Shown: positions 51,144 through 64,000 of the stretch, in pieces
How positions within the stretch are numbered: position 1 is the stretch's first letter
Layout: each line of letters opens with the position of its first letter
NCBI GenBank assembly: GCA_002269645.1
Contig: NIVC01000755.1
Coordinates: 186,001 to 250,000, forward strand
From: Macrostomum lignano
Lineage: Eukaryota
Direction: 5' to 3'
Length of the DNA stretch: 64,000 bases
Notes under the pieces: generated by a model
Database searches by the model: none
What the model was told of the DNA's origin: nothing
Seen by the model: the letters and a program-made list of their open reading frames with translations, nothing else
Made by a program: the position numbers and the translations under genes

Positions 51144-52130
51144 CTGTAACTCCTTGTCTATCGCTCTGTTTCCCTCTTCCTACAATCCAACTGTTCCCAT
51201 CCACCCACTGCTTCCCCAATACTACCTGCATTCAACAGGTACTCAGACAGCCGTGCGCATCTCCCCATCCTGTCCTATTGATTCTTTGAAATATGACAGC
51301 GGCAGTGCAAAAACACGCCTCATATGCAGTTCTGAGAGTCGGGGTTCCTCAAGAAGAAGGGAAAAGAAGTGTTTTGCAGCGCACCTGCCGCTTATTTCTT
51401 TAGCCTCAGCCTCACTCTCTGTCCCGCCATCTCCCGCCAGCTAAGGCGCTTTTCATTACACGGGGTTCGCTGCCGTGCCGGGCCGCATTATGAGTAATTC
51501 TGGGCTCGTGCTCAAAAATAAATGCGTTGCACCTTCAGCTTATCCTTGGCCAGTTAAAGTACATTCTGACATTTGACAGCCTGATTGCCAAGCATGCAGC
51601 GCAGAGATGAAGGAATCCCAGCCAGCCTCATCCCGAGACACCCTGGGAGCACCGGGGTGTCAAATTTCATGTCTTGCCTGCTCCGCGCTCCCTCTATCGC
51701 TCCTCTCTGCTCCAGAGATTCTCCCATTCACTCGTGCCAATATCCCATCCCATCTTTGTTAGCCCACTTCTAGAAGCAATGTCTACAAGCAGAAAAATCA
51801 TTAAAGCAAATATCTGTCCCTCTGCTTGAAGACTATCGCAGTGATTTACATGAATTTGCAATGCACCGATTGCATTAGTCACAAAATTAAGTGGCAACGG
51901 GCCTTAAAACGGAAAGCAGTTTGCGCAACTCAAGCAAATCAATTAATTATTAATTAATCTAAAAGTGCGACTGTTGGCCCCGATGGGAAACTGGAAAAAA
52001 GCCGTCACTCAAAGGCCATCTGCCTGTCCTTCGAAGGCCAGCTGGTCCGGTTTTCAGGCTTGACAAATTCCAATTGAAAGTGAAAATGAAGCTGGGGAGT
52101 TCAGCCCCCCTGGCGCCTCCTGCACTGCGC

Positions 52131-53700
52131 ATTGTCTCTCTCTGTTGGTTGCTGTCTTCCCCTCTCCCTCTCCACCCCCTCTACTCCTCGATCCTTTTCC
52201 CCTGTCTCCCTCTCGCCCTGTCTCCCTCTCCCCCCTGTCTCTCTCTGTTGGTTGCTGTCTTCCCCTCTCCCTCTCCACCCCTCTACTCCTCGATCCTTTT
52301 CCCCTGTCTCCCTCTCGCCCTGTCTCCCTCTCCCCCCTGTCTCTCTCTGTTCTCCCCCCTGTCTCTCTCTGTTGGTTGCTGTCTTCCCCTCTCCCTCTCC
52401 ACCCCCTCTACTCCTCGATCCTTTTCCCCTGTCTCCCTCTCGCCCTGTCTCCCTCTCCCCCCTGTCTCTCTCTGTTGGTTGCTGTCTTCCCCTCTCCCTC
52501 TCCACCCCCTCTACTCCTCGATCCTTTTCCCCTGTCTCCCTCTCGCCCTGTCTCCCTCTCCCCCCTGTCTCTCTCTGTTCTCCCCCCTGTCTCTCTCTGT
52601 TGGTTGCTGTCTTCCCCTCTCCCTCTCCACCCCCTCTACTCCTCGATCCTTTTCCCCTGTCTCCCTCTCGCCCTGTCTCCCTCTCCCCCTGTCTCTCTCT
52701 GTTGGTTGCTGTCTTCCCCTCTCCCTCTCCACCCCCTCTACTCCTCGATCCTTTTCCCCTGTCTCCCTCTCGCCCTGTCTCCCTCTCCCCCTGTCTCTCT
52801 CTGTTGGTTGCTGTCTTCCCCTCTCCCTCTCCAACCCCTCTACTCCTCGATCCTTTTCCCCTGTCTCCCTCTCGCCCTGTCTCCCTCTCCCCCTGTCTCT
52901 CTCTGTTGGTTGCTGTCTTCCCCTCTCCCTCTCCACCCCCTCTACTCCTCGATCCTTTTCCCCTGTCTCCCTCTCGCCCTGTCTCCCTCTCCCCCTGTCT
53001 CTCTCTGTTGGTTGCTGTCTTCCCCTCTCCCTCTCCACCCCCTCTACTCCTCGATCCTTTTCCCCTGTCTCCCTCTCGCCCTGTCTCCCTCTCCCCCCTG
53101 TCTCTCTCTGTTGGTTGCTGTCTTCCCCTCTCCCTCTCCACCCCCTCTACTCCTCGATCCTTTTCCCCTGTCTCCCTCTCGCCCTGTCTCCCTCTCCCCC
53201 CTGTCTCTCTCTGTTGGTTGCTGTCTTCCCCTCTCCCTCTCCACCCCCTCTACTCCTCGATCCTTTTCCCCTGTCTCCCTCTCCCCCTGTCTCTCTCTGT
53301 TCTCCCCCCTGTCTCTCTCTGTTCTCCCCCCTGTCTCTCTCTGTTGGTTGCTGTCTTCCCCTCTCCCTCTCCACCCCCTCTACTCCTCGATCCTTTTCCC
53401 CTGTCTCCCTCTCGCCCTGTTTCCCTCTCCCCCTGTCTCCCTCTCCCTCTGTCTCCCTCTCCCCTGTCTCCCTCCCCCTGTCTCCCTCTCCCTCTGTCTC
53501 CCTCCCCCCTGTCTCCCTCTCCCCTGTCTCCCTCTCCCCTGTCTCCCTCTCCCTCTGTCTCCCTCCCCCCTGTCTCCCTCTCCCTCTGTCTCCCTCCCCC
53601 CTGTCTCCCTCTCCCTCTGTCTCCCTCCCCCCTGTCTCCCTCTCCCCCTGTCTCCCTCTCCCCTGTCTCCCTCTCCCTCTGTCTCCCTCTCCATCTCCCC
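52131..53700. repeat. ~90-bp pyrimidine-rich satellite degrading into (CTCCCCTGT)-type repeats
   Basis: Recurring CTGTTGGTTGCTGTCTTCCCC...CCTCGATCCTTTTCCCC units. Confidence 0.92.
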
Positions 53701-54714
53701 TCTACTCTTCTCCTTCTCCTCCTACTCTTCACCTCCGCACTATTCCTCTCACTGCTCTCCCTCTCTTCAGTGTTTCTCCCTCTCGCCTTCATCTTCCAAC
53801 TCTCCTCTTCTCTCTTCCTCATCTCCGTCTCTCCCCGAAGCTGCAGCCGGCAATGGCTTGCTTCTCCGCCCACGCCCTACCACACCAGATAGCTGGCAGA
53901 AATAAGTCAGGCTGAAATTATCGCTTCGAAATAGTGCACCCGTGCCCACCGATCCCAGCCTCTCCCCTCGAACTTCATCGCCGCTGACGAGCAGAAGCAG
54001 GCGGCTGGAATGATCGCTGGGCTTTTCTCAGCCGACGCAAATCAGCTCGCTGGCTGGTGGCGGGGTCGCAGCCCCCCCTGCCCCCCCCCCTGTGTTGGCA
54101 AGTTTTCGCCAAAGCCGCTCTCTGGGATGAAGCAGCTCCGTAACTCCAATAACCTCCCCCATCCTGAGCTGCCAGCATCCGCGCCAGTGAAGGCCTGAGG
54201 CAATCAGCTCAGTTCCCAGCTCTGAAATATGGCCCTGCTCACCCACACCAACAGTCCCCGCCCCGATACCACTTCTGCCCTTCTCCCTCACTTTCTCTCC
54301 ACTTTCCTTTTCCAATCGAATACTCCAACGAACCGCGACCTGGAAATCGCGACTTTCTTTCTTATGTCGAAGCGTCCTGTGAAGGTGCTGCGGAAACTTC
54401 AGACCGACCGAGAGAGGGGGGGTCGATATCCAGGATAGGGCGGCGGGGGCGGCTGCGCCACTTAAGGTGCACAGCGCTGAGCCCCCGTCTCTTTTCTGAA
54501 TCTTCTTCCTGTGGAAGCATCGCTGAACTCAGATAAGCAGACAGAATGCAGGGCCTGGGCGGATCAATGCCAAGTGTGCCGGGCTGGCAGCCACTGTGCC
54601 ACTCTCAGTTTCTGTGCGCCTCCAGCTGGACATCTCCGCAGCTCCTGCCTGCTCTCCTCCTCCGCTCCCTGCCTCTTCTCGCCTCCCTGTGCCCGCCTCT
54701 CTCTCTTTTCACCT

Positions 54715-54784
54715 TCCCTCTCTCCTCTCCTCTCTCCTCTCCTCTCCTCTCCCCTCTCCTCTCCTCTCTCCTCTCCCCTCTCTC

Positions 54785-54815
<31 letters not shown>

Positions 54816-54961
54816 CCCTCTCCTCTCCCCTCTCTTCTCTCCCCTCTCCTCTCCCCTTTCTCCTCTCCCCTCTCCTCTCCCCTCTCCTCTCCCTCTCCTC
54901 TCCCCTCTCTCCTCTCCCCTCTCTCCTCTCCTCTCTCCTCTCCCCTCTCCTCTCCCCTCTC

Positions 54962-54992
<31 letters not shown>

Positions 54993-55023
54993 CTCTCTCC
55001 TCTCCCCTCTCCTCTCCCCTCTC

Positions 55024-55054
<31 letters not shown>

Positions 55055-55150
55055 CCCTCTCCTCTCCCCTCTCATCTCCCCTCTCTCCTCTCCTCTCTCC
55101 TCTCCCCTCTCTCCTCTCCTCTCTCCTCTCCCCTCTCTCCTCTCTTCTCT
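54715..55150. repeat. CT-only low-complexity tract
   Basis: (CTCTCC)-type units. Confidence 0.92.
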
Positions 55151-55883
55151 GCCCTTTCCCCTTTCTCCTCTTTCCTCTCTCCTTTTTTTCCGGTCTTCTC
55201 GGTCTTCCGTCTCTGAATAGGCATTTCAGACACACTGAAACCCTTGGCAGCTTCAACCAATCAATGATGCACTCGTGCACTGCTCTTGCAGGCTGATTTC
55301 GCACTCCACCGAATTTCAGTGCGCCTCAACCCCTTCTATCTTGGCTTGGGATGACACTGTGGAATGCTATATGCTGTAATTTAAATTGTAAAGCTGCGGC
55401 CAACCGGGGCGGGCGACACAAAACTTCCATTTCCTAGCGGGCACCGATTCCATCTTGGCAGACAGTAAGCAATGCATCCTGGGCCAACGACCACTGCACT
55501 CGGCTAGTCAAGCCTGATTGAAGCGACACCCCGCAGCTGGGCCACATGGTTCTGGCCATGGAGCTCTAGGCTAGGTATCTGGAGAGGAGGCAGTCCCAGC
55601 CAAGCATGCGCTTTTTCAGTTATTTTTTTCAATTAAAATCGTTGGATTTCAGCTGCTGTCCAGATTTTAGGTCGGGCACTCTGCATGGCTTTTCAGACTT
55701 TTCTGACAGGTCTGGGAGCCCCGGACCTGTGCTGCTTGATGGAGTGAGTTCATATTAGCCGTGTGCACTTTGCTGGATGAACCTGAATGTGGGGAGGCTG
55801 GAATTGAAATCGAATGTTTCGCCACTTTAGAGAATCTTTCATGCACTTTTGTGTTCATGTCGCTTACATGTCATGCATCAACA

Positions 55884-56826
55884 CATCACATGTCATACAC
55901 CATGCACATTACATGTCATACACCATGCACATTACATGTCATACACCATGCACATTACATGTCATACACCATGCACATTACATGTCATACACCATGCACA
56001 TTACATGTCATACACCATGCACATTACATGTCATACACCATGCACATTACATGTCATACACCATGCACATTACATGTCATACACCATGCACATTACATGT
56101 CATACACCATGCACATTACATGTCATACACCATGCACATTACATGTCATACACCATGCACATTACATGTCATACACCATGCACATTACATGTCATACACC
56201 ATGCACATTACATGTCATACACCATGCACATTACAATAAATTCACATATCACATAAAATCACCTCACAGACTTATTTATACTCACTCAGACTGACTCAGT
56301 CTCACTCAGATTTACTCAGACTCACTCAGACCCACTCAGACTCACTCAGATTTACTCAGACTCACTCAGACTCACTCAGACTCATTCAGACTCACTCAGA
56401 CTCACTCAGACCCACTCAGACTCACTCAGACCCACTCAGACTCACTCAGACTCACTCAGACTCACTCAGACTCACTCAGACTCACTCAGACTCACTCAGA
56501 CTCACTCAGACTCACTCAGATTTACTCAAACTCACTCAGACCCACTCAGACTCACTCAGATTTACTCAGACTCACTCAGACCCACTCAGACTCACTCAGA
56601 TTTACTCAGACTCACTCAGACCCACTCAGACTCACTCAGACCCACTCAGACTCACTCAGACTCACTCAGACTCACTCAGACTCACTCAGGCTCACTCAGA
56701 CTCACTCATACTCACTCAGACTCACTCAGACTCACTCAGACTCACTCAGACTCACTCAGACTCACTCAGACTCACTCAGACTCACTCAGATTTACTCAGA
56801 CTCACTCAGACCCACTCAGACTCACT
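55884..56826. repeat. 23-bp minisatellite (55884-56233) and 10-bp minisatellite (56275-56826)
   Basis: (ACACCATGCACATTACATGTCAT)n and (ACTCACTCAG)n. Confidence 0.95.
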
Positions 56827-57889
56827 TCAGATAAATGATCACATATTGCTGATTAAATATTACATATCCTTAATCATAGACAGAAAGTACTAAATGCCCG
56901 ATGACCGGGAAATTCTTTTTAAAAAGCCACGCTTCAGTCAAACGCTGCCAATGCTCTGCAAGGCGTATTCAGCTTCCGGCTTGCAAGGCACTCCTTGGGT
57001 TGAGAGGCACGCAAGTCCCAGAACCGACAGCCTCTCTCCGGTACGTCCTCGAAATTCCTCTCTGTTGGCCCTGCGGTCCTCAGTTTCGGCCTGGGCAGCA
57101 GCACCCGGTGACATTGGAATTCCCTGTTAACTGCCTGTCATTCAGACCAGCCCTGGCCAGGCCGACAGGCCCACCCCCTCCTGTTCGAGCTATACCAATA
57201 AGCCGAACTTGTTGCGATGCGCACCAACTGACGCTCCCGCGTATTGGTTGGCCCATTGATGGAGCAATTCCGCCTGGATGGGTCATAAATCTATCTGAAA
57301 TATCTGGCCAGGAAAATAAGGCGGGAAAGGACCAACAACAGGCCAAGAAAATGCTTTCTGAATTGGGGAAGTGGGAAGGGGGGACATGCGGAGTTGGGGA
57401 CGCAAATGAAGTGCGCGCGCGTCTTCATCAGGGAAGCTGAGGGTCGGCACACGCCCCTCCCCCCTGTCCTCACTTGACGCCTCCAGCTGGGGTGAGTTTT
57501 GTTTCAACCCAAATGAACGCATTGGGAAGGGAGGAAACAAAGGAGGGCATGGGGAAATATCCCCTTGGCTGGACTTTTCGCATCCAGCAGTGGCCTCGGC
57601 GCTAACGAGGGTGAATCCGAAGGCTCGCCCGTTCTCAAGTTTGCCTTCAAGCCTCGAGAGTCGCTTTGATCAGCCCAGTTACTCGACTGCTCAGATCTCA
57701 CGAACGGGGATGGACAGAGAGAAGTCGCGGCACCGGCTCATTAGCCCCCCCCCCCCCCCCCCGGAGAACAGAGCAACTCTTGCGTACTTTCCGAATAGCT
57801 TTTCAAGTTTTAATCCTCTTGAACCCATGCCACCCCTTCCGGAATCCCCGCCGTGAACTTGTTCGGGCGGTACAGCCTGTTTTAGATGC

Positions 57890-58292
57890 TGTCAGCCAGT
57901 CTGTCAATGCTGTCTGTCAACTTCCAGTCAGTGCTGTCAATGCTGTCAATTCTGTCTGTTGACTGGCTGTCAGTGCTGTCAATGCTGTCAATTCTGTCTG
58001 TTGACTGGCTGTCAGTGCTGTCTGTCAACTGCCAGACAGTGCTGTCAATGCTGTCTGTCAACTGCCAGTCAGTGCTGTCAATGATGTCTGTCAACTGCCA
58101 GTCAGTGCTGTCAATGCTGTCTGTCAACTGCCAGTCAGTGCTGTCAATGATGTCTGTCAACTGCCAGTCAGTGCTGTCAATGCTGTCTGTCAACTGCCAG
58201 TCAGTGCTGTCAATGCTGTCTGTCAACTGCCAGTCAGTGCTGTCAATGCTGTCTGTCAACTGCCAGTCAGTGCTGTCAATGCTGTCTGTCAA
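57890..58292. repeat. 33-bp minisatellite
   Basis: (GTCAGTGCTGTCAATGCTGTCTGTCAACTGCCA)n. Confidence 0.93.
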
Positions 58293-58321
58293 TTATCAAC
58301 CAATCGCCCTCTTCAGCGCAA

Positions 58322-61300
58322 ATGTCGTCAGGCAGCGGGCAGCCGCTCACCGAGACCGAGGATGTTCGCTTCGCCCAGTTCAGCATCTCGCCCAGCTCCA
58401 CCCTGACTCGACGAGAAGCAGTAGTGGCCGCAGTGGAGGCAGCAGCGGCGACAGCAGCGGCGCCGGGCTCGCAGACGCAGCCAATGGTTTTCATGGCAAC
58501 CAATCGAGTCAGCCGCGGCATCGAGCTCGGCGATGAGGAAAGCGGCTTGGGCGCCGTCGGAGGCTCGCCGGAAAGGTGAGTGGGAGTTTGAATCCTGATC
58601 CCCTGACCCACTGATACCCTAACCCACTGATAAACTGACCCACTGATCCCCTGACCCACTGATCCCCTGACCCACTGATCCCCTGACCCACTGATCCCCT
58701 GACCCACTGATCCCCTGACCCACTGATCCCCTGACCCACTGATCCCCTGACCCACTGATCCCCTGACCCACTGATCCCCTGACCCACTGATCCCCTGACC
58801 CACTGATCCCCTGACCCACTGATCCCCTGACCCACTGATCCCCTGACCCACTGATCCCCTGACCTACTGATCCCCTGACCCACTGATCCCCTGACCTACT
58901 GATCCCCTGACCCACTGATCCCCTGACCCACTGATCCCCTGACCCACTGATCCCCTGACCCACTGATCCCCTGACCCACTGATCCCCTGACCCACTGATC
59001 CCCTGACCCACTGATCCCCTGACCCACTGATCCCCTGACCCACTGATCCCCTGACCCACTGATCCCCTGACCCACTGATCCCCTGACCCACTGATCCCCT
59101 GACCCACTGATCCCCTGACCCACTGATCCCCTGACCCACTGATCCCCTGACCCACTGATCCCCTGACCCACTGATCCCCTGACCCACTGATCCCCTGACC
59201 CACTGATCCCCTGACCCACTGATCCCCTGACCCACTGATCCCCTGACCTACTGATCCCCTGACCCACTGATCCCCTGACCCACTGATCCCCTGACCCACT
59301 GATCCCCTGACCCACTGATCCCCTGACCCACTGATCCCCTGACCCACTGATCCCCTGACCCACTGATCCCCTGACCCACTGATCTCCTGACCCACTGATC
59401 CCCTGACCCACTGATCTCCTGACCCACTGATCCCCTGACCCACTGATCCCCTGACCCACTGATCCATTGACCCACTGAAAAACCCACAAACCCGATCCCC
59501 TTCTGAACCATTCAGCGCACGCAACCCAAACTTCTTCAGAAGCCCTCAGCTCAGCCAGTCAATCGGCGAAGAGGTTCGTCTTCGATTTCAGCGGCGCAAT
59601 CAGTTCCGGCTGTCAAGGAAAACGGCGGTGAGTTGTCGATGAGCGGTGCACTCAGCCCGGAATGTGTAAAAGAAAGGCATCCCACACAGCAGTCACAGAT
59701 CCCCCAGTCACAGATCCCCCAGTCACAGATCCCACAGTCACAGATCCCACAGTCACAGATCCAACAGTCACAGATCCCACAGTCACAGATCCCACAGTCA
59801 CAGATCCCACAGTCACAGATCCCACAGTCACAGATCCCACAGTCACAGATCCCACAGTCGCGGACCCCACAGTCAGTCGGCCTGCACTCTCCCCCAGATG
59901 TCCATGGACCAGTGCCACGTGTGGGGCACGATGCCCGCCCTGCCGCTGCACGCCCACTCGGGCTCGGACACCGGTCTGACGGGCCACGCCGCCGCCGCGC
60001 CGCTCTCCACCGTCGCCGCCGCAACCGCCGTCTCTTCCGCCACCTCGACTGGCAGCAGCCATGACAGCTGCGCCGCGGCGCACAAGCGGCAGTCGGTGAC
60101 GGAGTCGCCGCATCTCCGAGTTCTGCACGACAGCCTGACGAGCCTGACGAGTCGCATCGCCGGCAGTCAGGAGAGCCTGCCGTCCGGGGAGACGGCATCC
60201 GCCGCGGCCGCCGCCATCTTCGGCAAGGGCTCGCGCAGTCGGCGGAAAATGAAGGCAGGTTTGAATAATGAATTTTTTAATTCCGTTTCTTGCAAATCCG
60301 CAAGCTTTCCATCGCTGTCGCGTGCGCTCCTACTTGTAGTAGCAATGCACTCATTTTACACGCTGTATTTTCATGTGTTTTCACAGCAAAACCAATCTGA
60401 TGACTGATAATTGTAAAAATCATACTCATAATATTCCAATAGGATGAATAGAATAGAATAGAGTAGAATAGAATAGAATAGAGTAGAATAGAGTAGAATA
60501 GAGTAGAATAGAGTAGAATAGAGTAGAATAGAGTAGAATAGAATAGAATAGAATAGAATAGAATAGAATAGAATAGAATAGAATAGAATAGAATAGAAAA
60601 CCCAATGGGATTCAGGTTGCCTCATTACGAGGTCAAAGACTTCTGAAGTGAACCGACTCAGCGCGTGAAACCATGCTTGGTCCAAAAACAAAGGACCCCT
60701 AATTACACAACTTTCGGAATAAGCAGTCCGCAATACTTTCCGAATTTCTACGCAGCCAGCTCCCCAGCTGGCTGGGAAAAATTCCCTATTTTGTCCCCCC
60801 CCCGAACAACAAGACGAAGATGCGTTGGAATTCAGCCACTCTCGACCGACAGCCAATCAGCGCTTGCGGAGGTTGGGGTGGCTGCCGGCCGGTCCCCCTT
60901 ACTTGTACCGAATGGCCCACCCGAGCGCACTGACTCCGCGCCTCAGCCCGCAAGCAGCGCCCAGAAGCCCATGAACACTCCAACTGGCTCCAGGCGCCTC
61001 GCCACCCTGGCGTCCGCCTCCAGCGACGGCGGCGCCGATGTCTCCGTCGCCGAGTCGCCGTCGGTTTCTTCCTCGCTGTCTACGTCATCGTCAATCAGCG
61101 GTCGGGCGGCGGCGGCCGGAGTGGTCGGGCCCGGAGTGCTGACCGGCAACCTGGCTGGCATCTTCGCGCAGCAGTTCTTCCACAAACCGCTGGACACCGA
61201 GCTCATCTCTGGTGCGTCTCTGGGTTGCTGGGGACCACTCACTCTCCTTAGTGTCTCCAGGTCACTCTCCTAAGTGTCTCCAGGTCACCTCCCCTTAGTG

Positions 61301-63892
61301 TCTCCAGGTCACTCTCCTAAGTGTCTCCAGGTCACCTCCCCCCTTAGTGTCTCCAAGTCACTCCCCTCAGTGTCTCCATGTCACTCCCCTTAGTGTCTCC
61401 AAGTCACTCCCCCCTTAGTGTCTCCAGGTCACCTCCCCCCTTAGTGTCTCCAGGTCACTTCCCCCCTTAGTGTCTCCAGGTCACTTCCCTTAGTGTCTCC
61501 AGGTCACCTCCCCTTAGTGTCTCCAGGTCACCTCCCCTTAGTGTCTCCAGGTCACCTCCCCTTAGTGTCTCCAGGTCACTCTCCTAAGTGTCTCCAGGTC
61601 ACCTCCCCCTTAGTGTCTCCAGGTCACCTCCCCCTTAGTGTCTCCAGGTCACTCTCCTAAGTGTCTCCAGGTCACCTCCCCCCTTAGTGTCTCCAGGTCA
61701 CTTCCCTTAGTGTCTCCAGGTCACTCCCCTTAGTGTCTCCAGGTCACTCTCCTAAGTGTCTCCAGGTCACTCTCCTAAGTGTCTCCAGGTCACCTCCCCC
61801 CTTAGTGTCTCCAGGTCACTCCCCTTAGTGTCTCCAGGTCACTCTCCTAAGTGTCTCCAGGTCACTCCCCTTAGTGTCTCCAGGTCACTCCCCTTAGTGT
61901 CTCCAGGTCACTTCCCCCCTTAGTGTCTCCAGGTCACTTCCCTTAGTGTCTCCAGGTCACTCCCCTAAGTGTCTCCATGTCACTCCCCTAAGTGTCTCCA
62001 TGTCACTCCCCTTTGTGTCTCCAGGTCACTCCCCTTAGTGTCTCCAAGTCACTCCCCTAGAGTCTCAGGTCACTCTCCTTGGTGTCCCCAGGTCACTGTC
62101 CTTTGTGGTCTCAGGTCACTCTCCTTTGTGGTCTCACTCTCAGGTCACTCCCCTTAGAGTCCCAGGTCGCTCTCCTTAGAGTCCTAGGTCACTCTCTTTA
62201 GTCTCACTATGTCACTATGTCAATTTCACTCCATTGAGTTCCCCAGTTCGCACTCAATGTCACTCCAAGTGCCTCCAAATTCCAAATCCAAGGCGCAGTC
62301 CAGAAATTCAAGGCGCGAGCTCGTTGACTCTCCAGCTTTCTAAGAAATAAATCCAGCCCGGATTTGGCGGGATCACATAGAAAAGCGACATCGAGAACTT
62401 CTTGCTGGCTGGAATAGAAGAAGAAAAACGAGAAGAGAGACGGAAAGAAAAAGAAGTGCGGTCGGTGGTCATTTATTTCACCGCGGGCTGGCACTACACT
62501 CTCTTCTTAGCCTGTCAATGCTTGGCCGGGGCTGTCAGGTCCCAGAGGAGAGACTTGTGGAAATTTCCAATTTTTCTCATTTGAATAGGCTGCGCCGAAA
62601 CGGGGAACCTTTTCTTTGCTTACTCGTGCACCCCTGTCTGTGCGCGAGTTTAAAGTTCGGCTGTCTGGGCTGGGCAAACTGGACTTTAGGGGCATTGCTA
62701 AGTTCAAATAGGCCTGGTCGAGTGGCTTAATGTACGCACTAGCGATCGATACTGACGCGCCAAAGGAATGTACACTTAAAATGTACGGATCTCGACCCCC
62801 CCCCTAAGATTTTTATTGTACACGCAAATCCAATTGGTTTGACGAGTTGCTATTTTTAGTAACATTTTTGGCGGGACACCCTTCCACCTTGCCAGCTTGT
62901 TTATACTTTGACCGAGGTTCACCCACAACTTTATCTGACTACTCTATAAAGTGTTCCAATGTCTTTAGTATCTGTTTCTAAATGGAATCTTTACAACAGA
63001 GTTTCGTTTATGGTAGGACCCATTCGAATCATTGCGAAACCCAAACGTCAAACGAGAAAAAACAGACACCCCAAGTTGAGAGCCGACAGAATAAAAACGG
63101 GGTTGGGCCATGGACAACACGCAACTTTCTGACTTAACTGAGAGTCAAACACACTTAGCTCCAATTGCAATTTCGCGAGTACAGCGGCGTCCTTCTGCTT
63201 TAAGGGTCAATGAATGATTTAATGGGCACAAGTGTCTCGGATGCTGTCAAGTCAAATCATGATAAAAATCTCATGGCTCTCCTTTGTTCCCGCCGACTCT
63301 CTTTCCTCATGTCGCAGCCCCCTCCGGCTGCACAAAATAGCTTGGCAACTGAAGTGAAGCATTCCCCATCTTCCAACCCCCGCTCTGACGCCTCGCCCCA
63401 TCTTTCAGACCGGAGCCGGGAGAGGCGCAACGAGAAGCGGATGTCGGCAGGCGTGAGTTGCCCGCGACCGGCTCTGCTGTTGACGAGAAATCAATTACAA
63501 TCACTGGGCTGCTCTGCCTGACCCCTCATCGTCTGCTTCCCCCTGTTGCTCAAGACCTCATCCACTCCGAAGCATCGATCGGCAGAGCGTCCCCAGGCCT
63601 GAGCATCCGCATGGCAACGCAAACGATTTCCCCAACTCGCCAATTTTCGCTCCAGGTGATCGCCAGTCTCCGGCCGCCAAACTCTGGCAGGCGAAACTCC
63701 TTCAGTCTGATGTTTCCCGGAATGCGGGACGCCGACTGCGACTCGGAGGTTCGCGCTGACGTCCATGGAGGTCCCGCGTCCTCCCCGAGGGACACCGACC
63801 ATCCCCCTGATAAAAGCAAACAATTTCTTAGAAACAGCGCTGCTCCCCCATTGTGGAGGGAAAAATGGACTTATACAACTCCGTCACTTTAA
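58322..63892 (+). CDS. Predicted 5-exon gene, ~506-aa Ser/Ala/Pro-rich protein with no recognised domain (exons 58322-58575, 59516-59627, 59898-60258, 60756-61211, 63555-63892)
   Basis: GC-rich open blocks separated by minisatellite-filled GT-AG introns; phases 2, 0, 1, 1 join into 1521 nt without stops. Exon 4 and 5 acceptors and the true start are less certain. Confidence 0.6.
58594..59477. repeat. 16-bp minisatellite (intron)
   Basis: (CTGATCCCCTGACCCA)n. Confidence 0.96.
59692..59862. repeat. 15-bp minisatellite (intron)
   Basis: (CAGTCACAGATCCCA)n. Confidence 0.95.
60447..60597. repeat. (AATAG)n/(AGTAG) microsatellite (intron)
   Basis: Direct reading. Confidence 0.95.
61238..62200. 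repeat. 23-26-bp minisatellite (intron)
   Basis: (TAGTGTCTCCAGGTCACTCCCCT)n with a variable C-run. Confidence 0.93.
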
Positions 63893-63894
63893 CA

Positions 63895-64000
63895 TCATCA
63901 TGTCACTGCATAATGCCACTTTGCGTCATGTCACTTTGCATCATGTCACTTTGCATCATGCCACTGTGCATCATGTCACTTTGCATCATGTCACTTTGCA
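63895..64000. repeat. 15-bp minisatellite running off the window
   Basis: (CATCATGTCACTTTG)n. Confidence 0.85.

Noticed and set aside
52074-55304. Long Pro/Ser/Leu and Arg/Glu/Gly ORFs on both strands
   Set aside because: Translation of CT-rich satellites, with no coding signature.
61238-62200. CAG|GT in every repeat unit as recursive splice sites
   Set aside because: GTCACT is a poor donor and there is no branch or polypyrimidine context; likely coincidental.

Overview
Eukaryotic, extremely repeat-rich DNA, most likely from a flatworm of the genus Macrostomum. The inference comes from a 45-nt spliced-leader (SL) exon ending in ATG whose core (CGGTCTCTTACTGCGAAGACTC...GCATG) matches the M. 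lignano leader as I recall it. Layout: 1-18.5 kb is a head-to-tail run of Helentron/DINE-1-like non-autonomous elements swollen by 17-23-bp minisatellites. 13.4-26.55 kb holds a 1633-bp co-repeat carrying a 5S rRNA gene and an SL RNA gene on the same strand: four tandem units, one partial unit, and one exact permuted monomer sitting inverted between two Helentron-like elements. One SL gene is split by a 1260-bp non-coding element with a 13-bp target duplication of the SL exon and an (AAC)n tail. A diverged relative sits at an SL-like site at the array end. This pair is the best candidate for an undescribed system: an SL-RNA-targeting retroelement family in flatworms. 27.8-32.7 kb is nested TE debris: a P-element/THAP9-type transposase pseudogene split by a foldback element, plus a Crypton-like tyrosine recombinase fragment. 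35.6-43.5 kb is a 5-exon DYRK2/3-type kinase gene with minisatellite-filled introns and a tRNA-SINE. 58.3-63.9 kb is a phase-consistent 5-exon gene for a low-complexity protein I cannot identify. Most long ORFs in the supplied track are artefacts of tandem repeats. All coordinates were read by eye; repeat boundaries are approximate.
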